The notes beneath the pieces are model-generated. The model had not been told where the DNA came from and ran no database searches. It worked only from the letters and a program-made list of their open reading frames with translations. The translations under genes were made by a program, and so were the position numbers. From Minutocellus sp. GHC0000111 (Eukaryota): 64,000 nucleotides of DNA. The stretch spans positions 124,001 through 188,000 of the forward strand of contig OZ361257.1 in NCBI GenBank assembly GCA_977018835.1, read 5' to 3'. Positions 42,201 to 53,901 of this stretch are shown piece after piece (within the stretch, counting starts at the first letter, position 1; each line of letters opens with the position of its first letter).

Positions 42201-42680
42201 CAGTCAGGTCAGTTCTCACCTATAAGCACATTCCTTGTGCTTAGCTGAGGGCTGAGATTTAGGGCATCGACAAGCAAACTCCAGGGCTGAGCTCAAATTT
42301 GTGCTTATTTTAATCGCTGTTTCAGGATGGAAGCATCACTAAGAAAGGCACTTTGTCGACACGAACACCTCATGATGTAACACTTTGGAGAGGTTGGGTG
42401 GGTGTTATCAGTCGAAAGGAGACCTTCACATGCTTCTGTCGATTTGATAGAGAAGCCAGTGATCACATTAGCCTTCTCTAGATGCAGCTTGAAGTGGGGG
42501 ACTGGACTCTAGCTCGCCTTTTAGCTCATCAAGCATGTGTTAATTTAGCATCTGCCATGTCATTGTGCAACAAGCAAATTGCTTAGTCCAGGGCTCGAAT
42601 GTTGGGTGATCACAAGCACATCCAGGGCTGGAGCAAAAATCCTTCGTGCTTATAGGTGAGAACTGACCTGACACTGACTG
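42201..42680. mobile_element. MITE with CAGTCAGG TIRs
   Basis: TIR CAGTCAGGTCAGTTCTCACCTATAAGCAC at both ends (5-nt insertion in the right TIR), TA on both flanks. Confidence 0.9.
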
Positions 42681-42821
42681 TAGATCTACATCTTGAAAAG
42701 AATAAGACTCGGACCTACATGTATTGTTTGTATCTCTTCAAGATGACAATTCCAAACGTTTTACATACATTTTTCATAGATCTAGCTGTTGTTGTTCAAC
42801 ATACATGTACATGTATATAGA

Positions 42822-43115
42822 GATCACGACTGCATTTTGTTCGAGGCTCGAGAGGAGAGGCAGCTAGGGTCGCTGAGGAGGCGAAGAATCATTTTGAGAC
42901 TGGTAGGTGCTCTGATAGTGACGGATTCTCGGCTCGTCATTTGAGTCGAGAATATGGTTACTACGAGCAGTTTAGAGGATTTAGAAGTGGACCTGAACGG
43001 CGCTATGAGTAATTATTTGCGGCTGGCTTTGCTTGTCCTACTTTCTTCGCTTCTCATCTTCTGATTATGTCGATCCTATAAACGTCTACGTAGAAAATCG
43101 TTATACATGTAAAAA
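42822..43115 (+). mobile_element. 3' end of RLE retrotransposon subfamily B
   Basis: Near-identical to the reverse complement of 27230-27525; ends ATAAACGTCTACGTAGAAAATCGTTATACATGTAAAAAA. Confidence 0.75.
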
Positions 43116-43257
43116 ATCTTGCTGGGCTTCTTTCTGGGATAAAAATGTCGCGAGTAGGACCTTGCAAGTACGGTACATTTCAAGCACGGTTCAAGAGTTC
43201 TTTCCCAAATAAATGTGTTCGATGTAAAAACAACGGATCAGTCACAAGGATCTTGTT

Positions 43258-45280
43258 TTAAACTACTTGCCATTCGTCGGAATCATAGGATTCAGCCTTT
43301 GCGGGTCTTTTATTGCCCTGGCTCTCGCCTCCAGTTATCTCTTCATCACCCAGAAGTTCGAGCCAGCCCATCATGTGAGGTCTCCCGACAGCGCGTGTCT
43401 CCGGGACTTGATAGGGTCCATCATCAACTGACTTTCGCTGCGCGGATAGATCTTCTTCCTCTCTAGTTGCCATCAGTGAAGAACTAATTTTCAGTAAGTC
43501 ACGTCCCAGCTGCTCTCCAAGATCGTCGGCTCCGACCTTGCCTTCCTGGAGATCTTTGGTTGGACGGTCCAAGAAGCTAACCAAACTAAGAGTATCATGG
43601 TCGAAGGTGTATGTCTGGAAAAAGCCGGGACTGGAATCAAAGTCGTTACCACAGAGACCAAGTACTTGAGATAGGGGTCACGCTCATCATTTGTACCGAC
43701 AGCCATAGCCTCGACCAGTCTCCCGATAGCATTTGTCAGGTCGCCGTACGGGTCGACTAAATGAAGGAAAGATATTAGGAGATAGTGAGAATCAAAGTTA
43801 GTGTTGATCACGTTGATCTGCTCCGTACACAGCCCCTTTCTTCCTTCCTTCCTTTTCTTCCTCTTTTGTTGCGATTTTTTTTCAACCTTGCAAACCACAC
43901 AACCACATGCTTAAACTCACCCTGCAAGTTGTGCATTTGCTGATACAGCCGCCTGACGCCTTCTCTCAGTCTCTCGGGCGTAATTTGTTCGCGGGGACAA
44001 AATTCTTCCACGATGAAGCGGCGGAGCTCTGTTCCCGACTTAATCTTGAGTGCTTCGTCAACAAAACGAACCTCACAGGGAAGATCATCGTACAGGTCCT
44101 GGTCAGAAACAAAGGCTTGTGTCATATTGCGCGCCATGAGACAAACAGAGAGGCATTCATTGAGACGGTAAATTATCGGAGGATCGGGAAGATATCGCCT
44201 CGGATCACCCACCATGAGGATCTCCAAAAAGTTAGAGGTAGTTTCGGGTGTCGACTCGACATATTCGGCATCTTTAACTTTCTTTTCCCAATGCGCCACC
44301 ATACCCTTCAAGACAAGGTATGAGGCTGTTCTCTCATGAACATCTCCCGAACAGTATGCCTTCAGATCCAGATTGCCAAAGTTTGGACCGATTTTCTTCT
44401 CCGCATCTAGAATCATCTGAAGAAATGGGGCAGATATGTGATTTTCAATTGTCAGAAATTTCTTCCAAATGCGTCGAAGTTTGAGCGCCTCATCCTTCTG
44501 GAATTGCGACTGCGCACGCAGCTTGAGTCTTCCGAGGCAACGAGACATGCGATGTCCAAGGTAATCGCGATTAGCAAGTACAAAGTCCACGCTTTCGTCC
44601 GAAACTTGTGGGTGAGGGAGGATCTTGCCGTCGATCTCAAGAACACTTGATAGTTCTTCGACCATATGCGGTACAGTGGTTGATTGCCAGTCAAAGCGGT
44701 ACTTCTTGCGCGTCTCGGGAGACACGTCCGGGAACATTTGTGCCAACCTGAACTCCCCGCCGCGTTTGGAGAGCTGGACAGCCTTGCCTGTCACAATATC
44801 CTTAACATTCTCGCCTTGGACTACACGGAGGATTCCTGTGTCTTCGTCCACGATGATCTCGGACACGTCGGGCCTACGATCAGCATCAGGAACGGCGTCG
44901 GCAACAGATGCTCCCGCAACAACTGACTCGCCCTCGCCACCAAGCTCAGACGAAACTCGCCCTCCGGACATCTCCTCTTCAAAAGCTGATCGATCAGGCT
45001 TTTCGTCAGTAACGGTTCCGACGGGAGCAGACCCCTCTCGGCCCTTGGCCTTGTCTACATCCTTCACTGCATCGTAGAATTCTTCTTGGCGGCTTTACGT
45101 TTGCCTGCGTTGCTGCTGCCTTCGAGCCTTTCGGTTCATCCCCATGTGGAGGGATGTGAGACCGGAGGCGGACGATTGAAATTGCGGGGTAACAATGTGG
45201 AATGCCTCGATGTCATCGAATTCCAGAGCCAGTAAAAGAATACACAGCAAACAGTAACGTTCACTCTTTGCAATACGATG
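43258..45280 (-). pseudogene. Probably plastid-targeted hypothetical protein, disrupted
   Basis: Signal peptide followed by IEA-F (ASAFAP-like). In-frame TAA at 45097-45095, intron 43920-43757, frameshift at ~43655, no clear ATG. Confidence 0.6.
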
Positions 45281-45446
45281 AATTGATTGTTGAAGTATAT
45301 TGTTTCAAGTCAATGGATGGAGACGATGTTGTGACGATGTGACGTGGCTGTAACCTACCTAAATGTACAGGAAACCAGTGACGACACAGCCTCCTACTCT
45401 CTACACGTACTCTACTACATGTAGTAGGCCTAGCTACGTAGATCTA

Positions 45447-45858
45447 GGAGAGGGTTTCGGTTTGAAAAAGAGAATTTCGGGCCATAAGGGCCTGATACGG
45501 AAATCCAGATTCTGAGCGAACCGCTGGAAAAAAATCTAGTTGACGGATCAAGGTGAGCAGATAGAAATCTGCATTAATTTTTAATCCGTTCGTAGATTTA
45601 GTTTAGATCAAATCAGCGAAGAATGCCGCTACATGTACATGTAGTAGGAGTTAGGTGATCGTTACAATAAAGACCAACGGTCAAATCTCACTACCAACCT
45701 ACCAACGATCATTAACTAGCTAGATCTAAATCAGGGCGTTGGCGTGGTGTTTTTTTTTCAGAGATTCCGGTCAGAATTTGGGTCCAAGTACAAATTTGAG
45801 GCCAAAAATACGAGCCAAAAATCCAAAAATTCTCTCTTTTCACAACCGAACCCACTCC
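45447..45858. mobile_element. MITE with GG..CC ends carrying a nested SINE-like copy
   Basis: Imperfect TIR GGAG(A/T)GGGTT(T)CGGTT(G)TGAAAA(..)GAGAATT, TA on both flanks. Confidence 0.8.
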
Positions 45859-45907
45859 TAGATTAGATCTAGCTCTAGCTAGCTCTACCGGTACGTAGCT
45901 ACATGTA

Positions 45908-46363
45908 CTGGAGCGCTCCTGAAATCATTTAGCTCGTTCTAAATTCTACATGGTAGGAACGCCTCGCTAAAAATACCCTAATGTAAATTGAATAAAATGA
46001 CGTCGGCGCAATAGAATTTAGCGGACCCTTGACAAGGGTCCGCTAAATTTTAGAGCGGTATAGATTCTAATTCCAGACACATTTGCATGTGCAAGCAGTG
46101 TGTATGTGCATATGGCACCCTCAGCGTCTGCCAACTCTTTGGCTTGAGCGCAGGAACATTTGGCGGCACAAATGGCTTTAGGAGTGAAGGAGAAATCTTT
46201 GCTCTTGTTGCAACTGAATCGATTGTCTTGACCATGACAATACATGTGCTGCATGTAGGACTCACAATGGTCACAGGCGTTTCTGCATGACATAAATATG
46301 CGAAGGGCAATAGAATTTAATTTATCATCTAGACAGCGCTAAATGATTTCAGGAGCGCTCCAC
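45908..46363. mobile_element. Non-autonomous TIR element with internal palindrome and Cys-rich ORF fragment
   Basis: TIR (C/G)TGGAGCGCTCCTGAAATCATTTAGC, TA on both flanks. Confidence 0.85.
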
Positions 46364-46654
46364 TAGCTAGCTAGATCTACGTAGCTAGATCTAGTAGATC
46401 TAGGCCTACTACGTAGCTAGACTGACTACGTAGCTAGATCTAGTACCGGTACTCTACTCTTGCTAGACCTATCAATAACATAAACAAAAAACATAGGAAT
46501 CCTAATTGCGAACATTGTAGGATAAGATTGAGGGGGTGGGGGTAGGGGTCAGCACTGGTAGATCTAGATCTAGTCAAGGTCCCGGTCTCTCCAGGCGTTG
46601 GGGTTGTTGGCCGGATCTAGACTCTATGTAGAATCTACGTAGCTACATGGACTA

Positions 46655-47042
46655 CAGTCCGTCCCCGAAATAAGCATACAGTCCGTCCCCGAAAATAAGC
46701 ATATCCATTCTGGAGCTGAGGTCTCAATACTAATATGCTTATTTTGGAATAAGGCATTTTAACACGAATGAGATAGTCTACCAATGGCTTCTTAGAATAA
46801 GCAATAGGCCCAAAATCTGAGGTCTCAAACAAGCATATCAAATATGCTTATTTCGGGGACGGACTGTACATGTATTCTATATGCTTGTTTGAGTCCTCAG
46901 ATTTTGGGCCTATTGCTTATTCTAAGAAGCAATTAGATCTAGTATCTCATTTGTGTTAAAATGCCTTGTTCCAAAATAAGCATATTGAGACCTCAGCTCC
47001 AGAATGGATACCGGTATGCTTATAATTTTCGGGGACGGACTG
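46655..47042. mobile_element. Two nested MITEs of the CAGTCCGTCCCCGAAA family (inner copy 46679-46866, opposite orientation)
   Basis: Four TIR copies CAGTCCGTCCCCGAAA(A)TAAGCAT; each element is TA-flanked; the internal sequences are reverse complements of each other. Confidence 0.92.
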
Positions 47043-47125
47043 TACCGTACCGGTACGTAGAGCAGTTGACTCATTGAGTCGACGACGAGTCATTGAGCAC
47101 AGGGACCTCATTAGATCTACCGGCA

Positions 47126-49823
47126 CAGTCCGTCCCCTCCTATAAGCAATGTCATTGACCCCCCCCCCCCAACAAAGATGATCTTCATCAAGATCTTTAT
47201 AGTTAAAGTAAGTCTACATCTGTTGGCTGACGATGCGAAGCATCAGAAAACAAAAGGAATTCGACTTTGCTGCGGAACCAGGCACCGTACAAGACTGCAA
47301 TGTGGCGAGGGCACCGTAGGTCTAGATCTATCTAAAACAGCTTTTGAAGGCGCGTGCTAGCTAGCTCTTTATGGTCTTGCATAGAGATAGTTTTAAAACA
47401 TAGAGAGTCTGTACATGGTAGCCCATGTTTCCAATGATCGATGCTTCTCAGAGTTACTCTACATGTAGCTGAATCTAGATCTACATTTTGAGACTGGCCA
47501 ATGTTCTGAGGAAATGGATTCTTTTCTCGTCATTCGAGTAGAGAGTATGTGAACTTGGTAACCTTATCGCCCCGTTGATACCGCACCCCGAGCTCAAGGT
47601 CGTCGATCTCAACCTTCACCTTCTCTCCATTGCTATCAGGAGTGTGTCGCTTGAGACTCGAGATCTTTTGATTGCAGCCAACAGCGGCATGCTTGCGACT
47701 TTTTGCCTGACCGTCGGATTCATAGTCCTCGTATTGAAGTTCCAATCGCTCTGTAACAAACTCAGAAAGGCCGTAGATTTCGGCAATGTGGTCGCAAAGA
47801 TGGCCGGCGGTCATGTCAGCATTCTCGTCGTAAATGTCTCGCCAATCTTTGTCATTTTTTAGCGCATCGTTGACCTTAGCATCTGGAGAGAAATTCTGAT
47901 TACGCGTAAGCTTTTCCACCTTCTGCTCCCTGGCGACTCTCTTGATCATGATGCGCCCATTGAAATCAACGTCTTTGGTTTCATCCTTCATTGGTCGGCC
48001 AACAACTCCAAGACACATAACTTTGACAGGGTGTCTTCTGGATCAAATTTTCGGGCTTGCCTCGGAAGCATGGATAGACGCGAGGTTCGGACTACTTAGT
48101 TCTTCGTCAGAAAGTGGCAACATCTTGATCTTTCGTCGCCGAGTAGTAGTGTAAAACCACTTTTCATCAAGATACGCTACAGGAATGTTGGGATCGGTCG
48201 TAATGTCCTCCCACTTTTCGATCCAATCAAGTCGCTTCCTACAATGTTCGGGGGTGAGCCTCGGCTTCTCGATCGACGACTTCTCCTTACCGCCTTTCTT
48301 TTTCCACCAGCGAAAAAGCTGAAGACGATGGAGACTAATTGTCAGCCTATCTTCATCTGGAGTAGCTGATTTTGCGCTCACACAGTCAGCTAGCTCCTTA
48401 AAGGTTGCCATCGCACCCTTCATCCGAGTAGCACACCGACACAGCTCGCGGAGATATCCTGGCTCCTTCTCCTCGATCATGTCCGTGTATGCCTTCCTTC
48501 CACGAACCTCCTTTCTGCCGATGGGATTGCTGATGCCATCAGTAAGGCTTTTGTAGAGCTGGTCTCTCCACTTGTAAAGCTGAGAACCACCGACCGGTTG
48601 ACTTGGCATAACCGTGATCGTACGCAACTTGCCGACACGCGGCAGTTGCAATTTGTTGCCGGTCTTCATACGTGCGAGTTGGTCGCCGCATCCCCACCAA
48701 TCCGCGAGAGCCACGGCGCTGAACCGCATTCTTTCATTCGCCTGCTTTTCTTTTCTGATTGGTGTTGGTTCGGTGACGGTTGCATTGGGACGAGGAGGAC
48801 GGAGCATGTCATCGTTGGCCATCCGAACAACAAAGTCGAGGCCGAGAGCGACCTTTACCTGTTCATCAATGTCACTGGAGGTGGCACAGACAACGGAAGT
48901 ATCGGCTCCTCCTAAACCTTCATCATTGGGGGAGGCTGCAGCTGCTTCAGTGGCGGAAGTATCACCAGTTCCCTTCAGTATGCTGAGGAGACTTGCTGGC
49001 ATCCAACCCAGTTTCTTGGCCTCGTCGACTAGTGATTTTACTCTTGCTTCGCAATGCGCTGACTGTACCTCCTTTCTGTGAGCTGACAACCTCTCACCTA
49101 GCTTAGTAGCTAAGACAGTCGAGCGCCCAGAGAACAGAACTTCATCGGGATTTCTTTTCTCGTGCACCTTCTGTCCCTCCGGTCCAGAGAATTTCGGGTG
49201 GTTGTCCTCCTTCTTTTTACGCAACCTGTGAGCACAAACACAAGCGCCCTGCGTCTTGTCTTCCCTCTCGGCCGACACGTCGACAAGTGCAACTTCAAAC
49301 TACAATGCTCCTTGAGATGTTGCTGCATATCCTTCCATTTTTCCTCGTTGTACTGTAGCTCATACTTTCCTCCACCGACGGACTTGGAACGCAACAAGTC
49401 GGCCTCGATGAAAGCAGGGAGGACGTCTTCCCATTTCTGCCGAGAACCAACACAAATGTCATCTTTGCCGCAGGAATCGGGGGTTACTCTCCACCACAGA
49501 TCCTTACCAGCCCTTCGAATGACATCTGCTGCAAGGAGAAAGGCCATGGGGATAGGAGGAGGGGCCGTCCTCTTCTTCGCCGACGACGGTGACGGTTTGG
49601 CGGGCGAGTTTGACCGTGGCCGCTTCTTCGACGTGTTTGCGCTCGGCGATGGTGTTTTCGGCTCAGCTGCCGCCTTTGCCGCCTTCCTGGATGCCTTGGT
49701 GTTGCCTCTCTTGCTCCCTGAGAACGAAGTTCTGCTGCGTTTGTATTTTTTGGGCGTGGTCTGGTTGGTCGTCGTCATCGTCACAAAATTTGCGGGTTGC
49801 GGTGAGGGTGTGCGGGGGACCAA
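47126..49823 (-). mobile_element. Second mariner-like (DD39D-type) transposase relic, frameshifted and C-terminally truncated
   Basis: YLDEKWFY and SRRHPVKVMCLGVVGRP..DFNGRIMIKR across ORFs 49823-49110, 49278-48043 and 48018-47530. A CAGTCCGTCCCC TIR-like end lies at 47126; the partner TIR was not found. Confidence 0.8.
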
Positions 49824-50225
49824 AAAATATATGTGTTCCTGCCAGAATCTACTGGACCTGCGAATTCAGTGGATACTACTGGTCGATGGCAACCTACTGA
49901 ATGAGCAGGTCCAGTAGATATCCACGAGTTGAGGAGTATTTGCGTTCCTCCCGAAGAGAATATCGACTAACAAAACACGTGGTGGGAAATGAGAAATGGG
50001 TGCAAGAATGACCTTTTTTAGGGGTTATTGGTATACCCTCTACAAATCCTCCTCTGAAACCGAAAGGTACATGTACTGTACGTCATGAATTGCCTTGACT
50101 CTATTGATCTTGCCCTCAAGATGACAATTTGATAAACGTTTACGTAGATTTTACATAGATCTAGCTAGATATACATTACAAATCAGCAAAGAATGTCACT
50201 AGTAGGCGAGTGTAAAATCTACATG

Positions 50226-50700
50226 TGCGTTATCGGTGCGTATGGTGAGACCAATGAAGACTTTCAGGATTTGCTTAAGATCTTGTGCCCCCGCATGGCA
50301 GTATCCAGAGGCGATGCTGTGTACAATTCGCCCGTCTTCGAGACCGAAGTTAAAGGTGGAGCATAATCTATCACTCTCCATTTATTTATATCGCCGTGCA
50401 CTTGCTGGTGCCATAGCTCGAGGCAATTTTTACGTGGTTCGAAAGAAGAAGCGGCTAGGGCACATGTATCGGAGGTAGCCAAGTCTCACTTTGAGACTGG
50501 CCGATGTTGCTCTCCTGAGGGAAATGAATTCTCAGCCCTTCATTCGAGTAGGGAATACTGTATAGGTACTACGAGCGATTCCGAGGTTACAGGAGTGGCC
50601 CTGAATATCACTACGAATAAGAAAGACGAAGCTTGTACGTTGAATTGCCTTGACCCTATTGATCTTGCCCTCAAGACGACAATTTAATAAATGTTTTTAC
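50226..50700 (+). mobile_element. Longest RLE (CRE-like) non-LTR retrotransposon 3' fragment, subfamily A
   Basis: Manual translation: CVIGAYGETNEDFQDLLKIL..ETEVKGGA*SITLHL-YRRALAGAIARGN..YERFRGYRSGPEYHYE*, followed by the 3'UTR. Confidence 0.72.
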
Positions 50701-51678
50701 ACGCACAGATAGATCTACATTTTAGATTTTAATTTTATACATGTAGGAATTCCTACACATGTATAAGATTGATGGTTCGCGTGGTCTAGATCTACATCTA
50801 CATGTAGATCAACACATGTACAGTCCGTACTTCATATTTCGACTCATGGTTGTTCCTTGGCTAGCTAGATCTACGTACCGGTAGCAAAAGCAAAGAGCGA
50901 CTGATCTAGATCTAGATCTAGATCTATCTCCACGATCATTATTCTTTTCATGCCGATATGAAACGCCCAAAGCATCACCACCGGGTCCCCTTCATGTCAC
51001 GCTTCGTTCTGTCCTCTTTCCGTGCATTCCTCGGCATGTGGTCACAACGAAATGCCATAGATCTAGATCTACTTGATGATGAAGTTTCCAGTACAAAACA
51101 CTCAGAGACTGTATCTGCCAGTCGCCGGATCTAAAAGTACCACCATAACCATTTTTCATCTGAAGACTTTTCCCCCCTTGATTTCATTAAACTTGACCGA
51201 GTCAACGTGCTATCCCTACTCTAGATCTAACCCGTCATACAAGTAAAGACAAAATCAAGCTCCTTGTGTCTAGATCTATATCACACCATCGACAAGTATT
51301 TTCTTCCCCCATGACCTCCCTCTCGTCCTCGTGAAGGAGTCGGCTAGTCTAGTTTTCATTTACCGGACTCGTGGCTGATCATGCAAACTATTGTTATCAG
51401 CCTCACCCTTCTGTCACTTTACAACCTAAAATTGTGTCCACACTCATGTGCACACTCACAACTGTCCCAGTCGCTACCACCTCACCAATGTGTAATCTCA
51501 TCGCCTGATTATGTACGTTTATGTAGAAAATTGCCATACATGTATCGATCATCTCTACGCGCCCATAATGTTACTCCCTTCAGTGAATCCCCAGCGCTAT
51601 TTCTTTGCCCCTGCTGGCTTGCTGGTGGTTTTATTTTTGAGCGCGTGGTCTACTTTCGTTTCTTCTCTGCAAAAGCAC

Positions 51679-53541
51679 CTAGCGTAATTTAAATTCAATC
51701 TTCATGCTCGTGGCGGTCGCGATTCCATGTCTGGACGTGCATTTTCTCACGAAACATAGTCTCCTCTGGGCTTTGCCCGAGAGGCATGCTCTGACCACCA
51801 TACTCAGGTGGAATGTTTTCGATTGGTATTTTCTCCACCAAGGCTTTGGTGATTGCAGCTTCGCCATACCCAAGAATCTAGTGACTGGGTCGATCCAAGG
51901 AGACACTGTCTTCCAGATTATAGAAAACCAGCTTGGAACGTTAATGACAAAGATGTTCCCAGATCGTTCGGGGTAGTGGGCTGCCGGTTCGGGGTAGTGG
52001 GCTGCCGTGAAGGCTGATGTCTCCTTCACAAAGTCGACAACCTCTCCCGCAAAGTCCCTCATCCCCATGCCATTAAGATCGATTATGTAGATCGACTTTC
52101 CATCTTCAGATGGTTCAATCAGCGTCCACATGAATTCACAGGTCAGGGCAAAGTGACGAAGAAGATCATCCATTCCAACTCCTGCTGCTCTCAGGGCTTT
52201 CAGGTTTATTTCAGGTGGTTTCTCGTAATAACAAGGCTCATTGTTTCTACCTCGCAAATGATAAAAATGTGGGTAATTCATTTTGATCACAGTAAAGTTG
52301 GGATGAGGATCTGTAATGATATGATCCATTCCCATTTCGGCTCTCCACTGAAGTGTTTTGGCGTAGCGCTTCCGCGCAGATTCGACATCCCCCTTCTCCG
52401 CCGCAATGAAGCGATGAGGGGGGAGCGCTTGGGCTGGTGGCGCAGATTTGGAGGTCCCCTGCGGCGACAGGTCGGAGCCGGTGAGAGTTTCTGCCTTCGT
52501 CCTCGAGTGTTCCTGCTGCCGCCCTTCCTGCTCTTGATGTCGGTCGCGTTGCCGTTCGTCGCGGCGAGAATATTCCTCGGAGAACCTAAGTATGACAGGG
52601 TATGGCCCGTTACGGATTCGTCACACCACACTCATTTTATTGGGATAGTCCAGCAGTAGCATGCCAGCATTGACACCAAGCTTCGCGGCGTCCTCCGTAA
52701 CTGATTTCACTGTAACTAATGTTTTGGAAGAAGATTCACCACGTAACGACTGTTTTGGTCCCTCTTTCAATTCAATGCCTAAACGAGCGTCGGCCGATTC
52801 GATGTGGACCGTAACCGCAACCTTCGGACCACTACCTGGGCGAACTACCCTCTTTATCGCAGCTTCCTGGTTCTCATCTCTGACTGTGTTGGTCGTACCA
52901 TCGATCGTGCACTTTGTCCTTTGAGAAGACCTCGCCATCACACCACCGAATCAGCGAGACATTGACGTGAACTTCGCTGGAGCCATAGAGCCACTGCTTT
53001 GCCCCCCTTGTCCAGAACCAAAAATGTTCGTATGCCACAGTGACTAACAAACAACCCCACGTTGTAATTTTTAGGACCAGCGGGGTTACATGTTCCGAAG
53101 GAAATGTTGCGTCGTGACCACGATAGGGAGTTACGGTGTAGGCATAAAAAGACGCTGCAACCAGTATAGATGGCAATATGGCACCTAGCAACGCATGGAG
53201 GGGCAACTTAATTGAGTTTGGAGAGAGTGGCAAAACGCCTAGGACGCCGGTTGTTCCACTGTCGTCGGGGGAGAACTGTCTACAGCTGTTGAAGAGTGAG
53301 CCTCTATAACTAACGCCCTTGCATCAAAATAAACACCTGAATTGCCACTATCCGACCGAACAAAAAAACAACTGTCTCGTCCAGACCTATTATTGATTGC
53401 ATCTACCAAACATCTCTTGGTGACCGATGCGTGCTCATCGTCTGTTTCCCTTCTTCGATAGGTCAGCACAACGTCCCCTGGGGAAATCGAGGGGATAATG
53501 ACGACTCGTACAGCAGTCGTGATCATTTGAGGGATTGACAT
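51679..53541 (-). pseudogene. CRAL-TRIO (Sec14-like) protein with N-terminal TM and PDZ-like segments, multiply disrupted
   Basis: RFIAAEKGD..TLQWR, IIDLNGM, HYPERSGNIFVINVPSWFSIIW, IPPEYGG. A 21-nt duplication at ~51966-52007, a deletion frameshift at ~51880 and further shifts upstream. Confidence 0.8.
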
Positions 53542-53901
53542 CGATGAAACGAAAGTACTACGTAGCTAGAGCTAGCTACAGCACTAGCGAGCTCCGCTGG
53601 GCGTAGCTAGGCCTACGTAGCTAGACTGCTAGGCCTACCAATTGGCACGTACCTAGCCTAGGTGCTAGTAGTAGCGTAGCACAATGAAAATGAATCAAAA
53701 CGAGACGGAAGACGGAAAGACTTTCAAATCCTCTCCTTCTCCGTGTTTCAGTGTGTCCGTCCCGCAGAAAAATGTCTTGCCGTCACCCCGTTTGCTCTTC
53801 CCACCATCAATTTACGCCGCGCCATCAATCTCACTTCCTTCAGAGATGCATCACATCACTTGTACCACTGCTGGGTAAGCTTCTTTGAGAATTCTGCGAC
53901 C

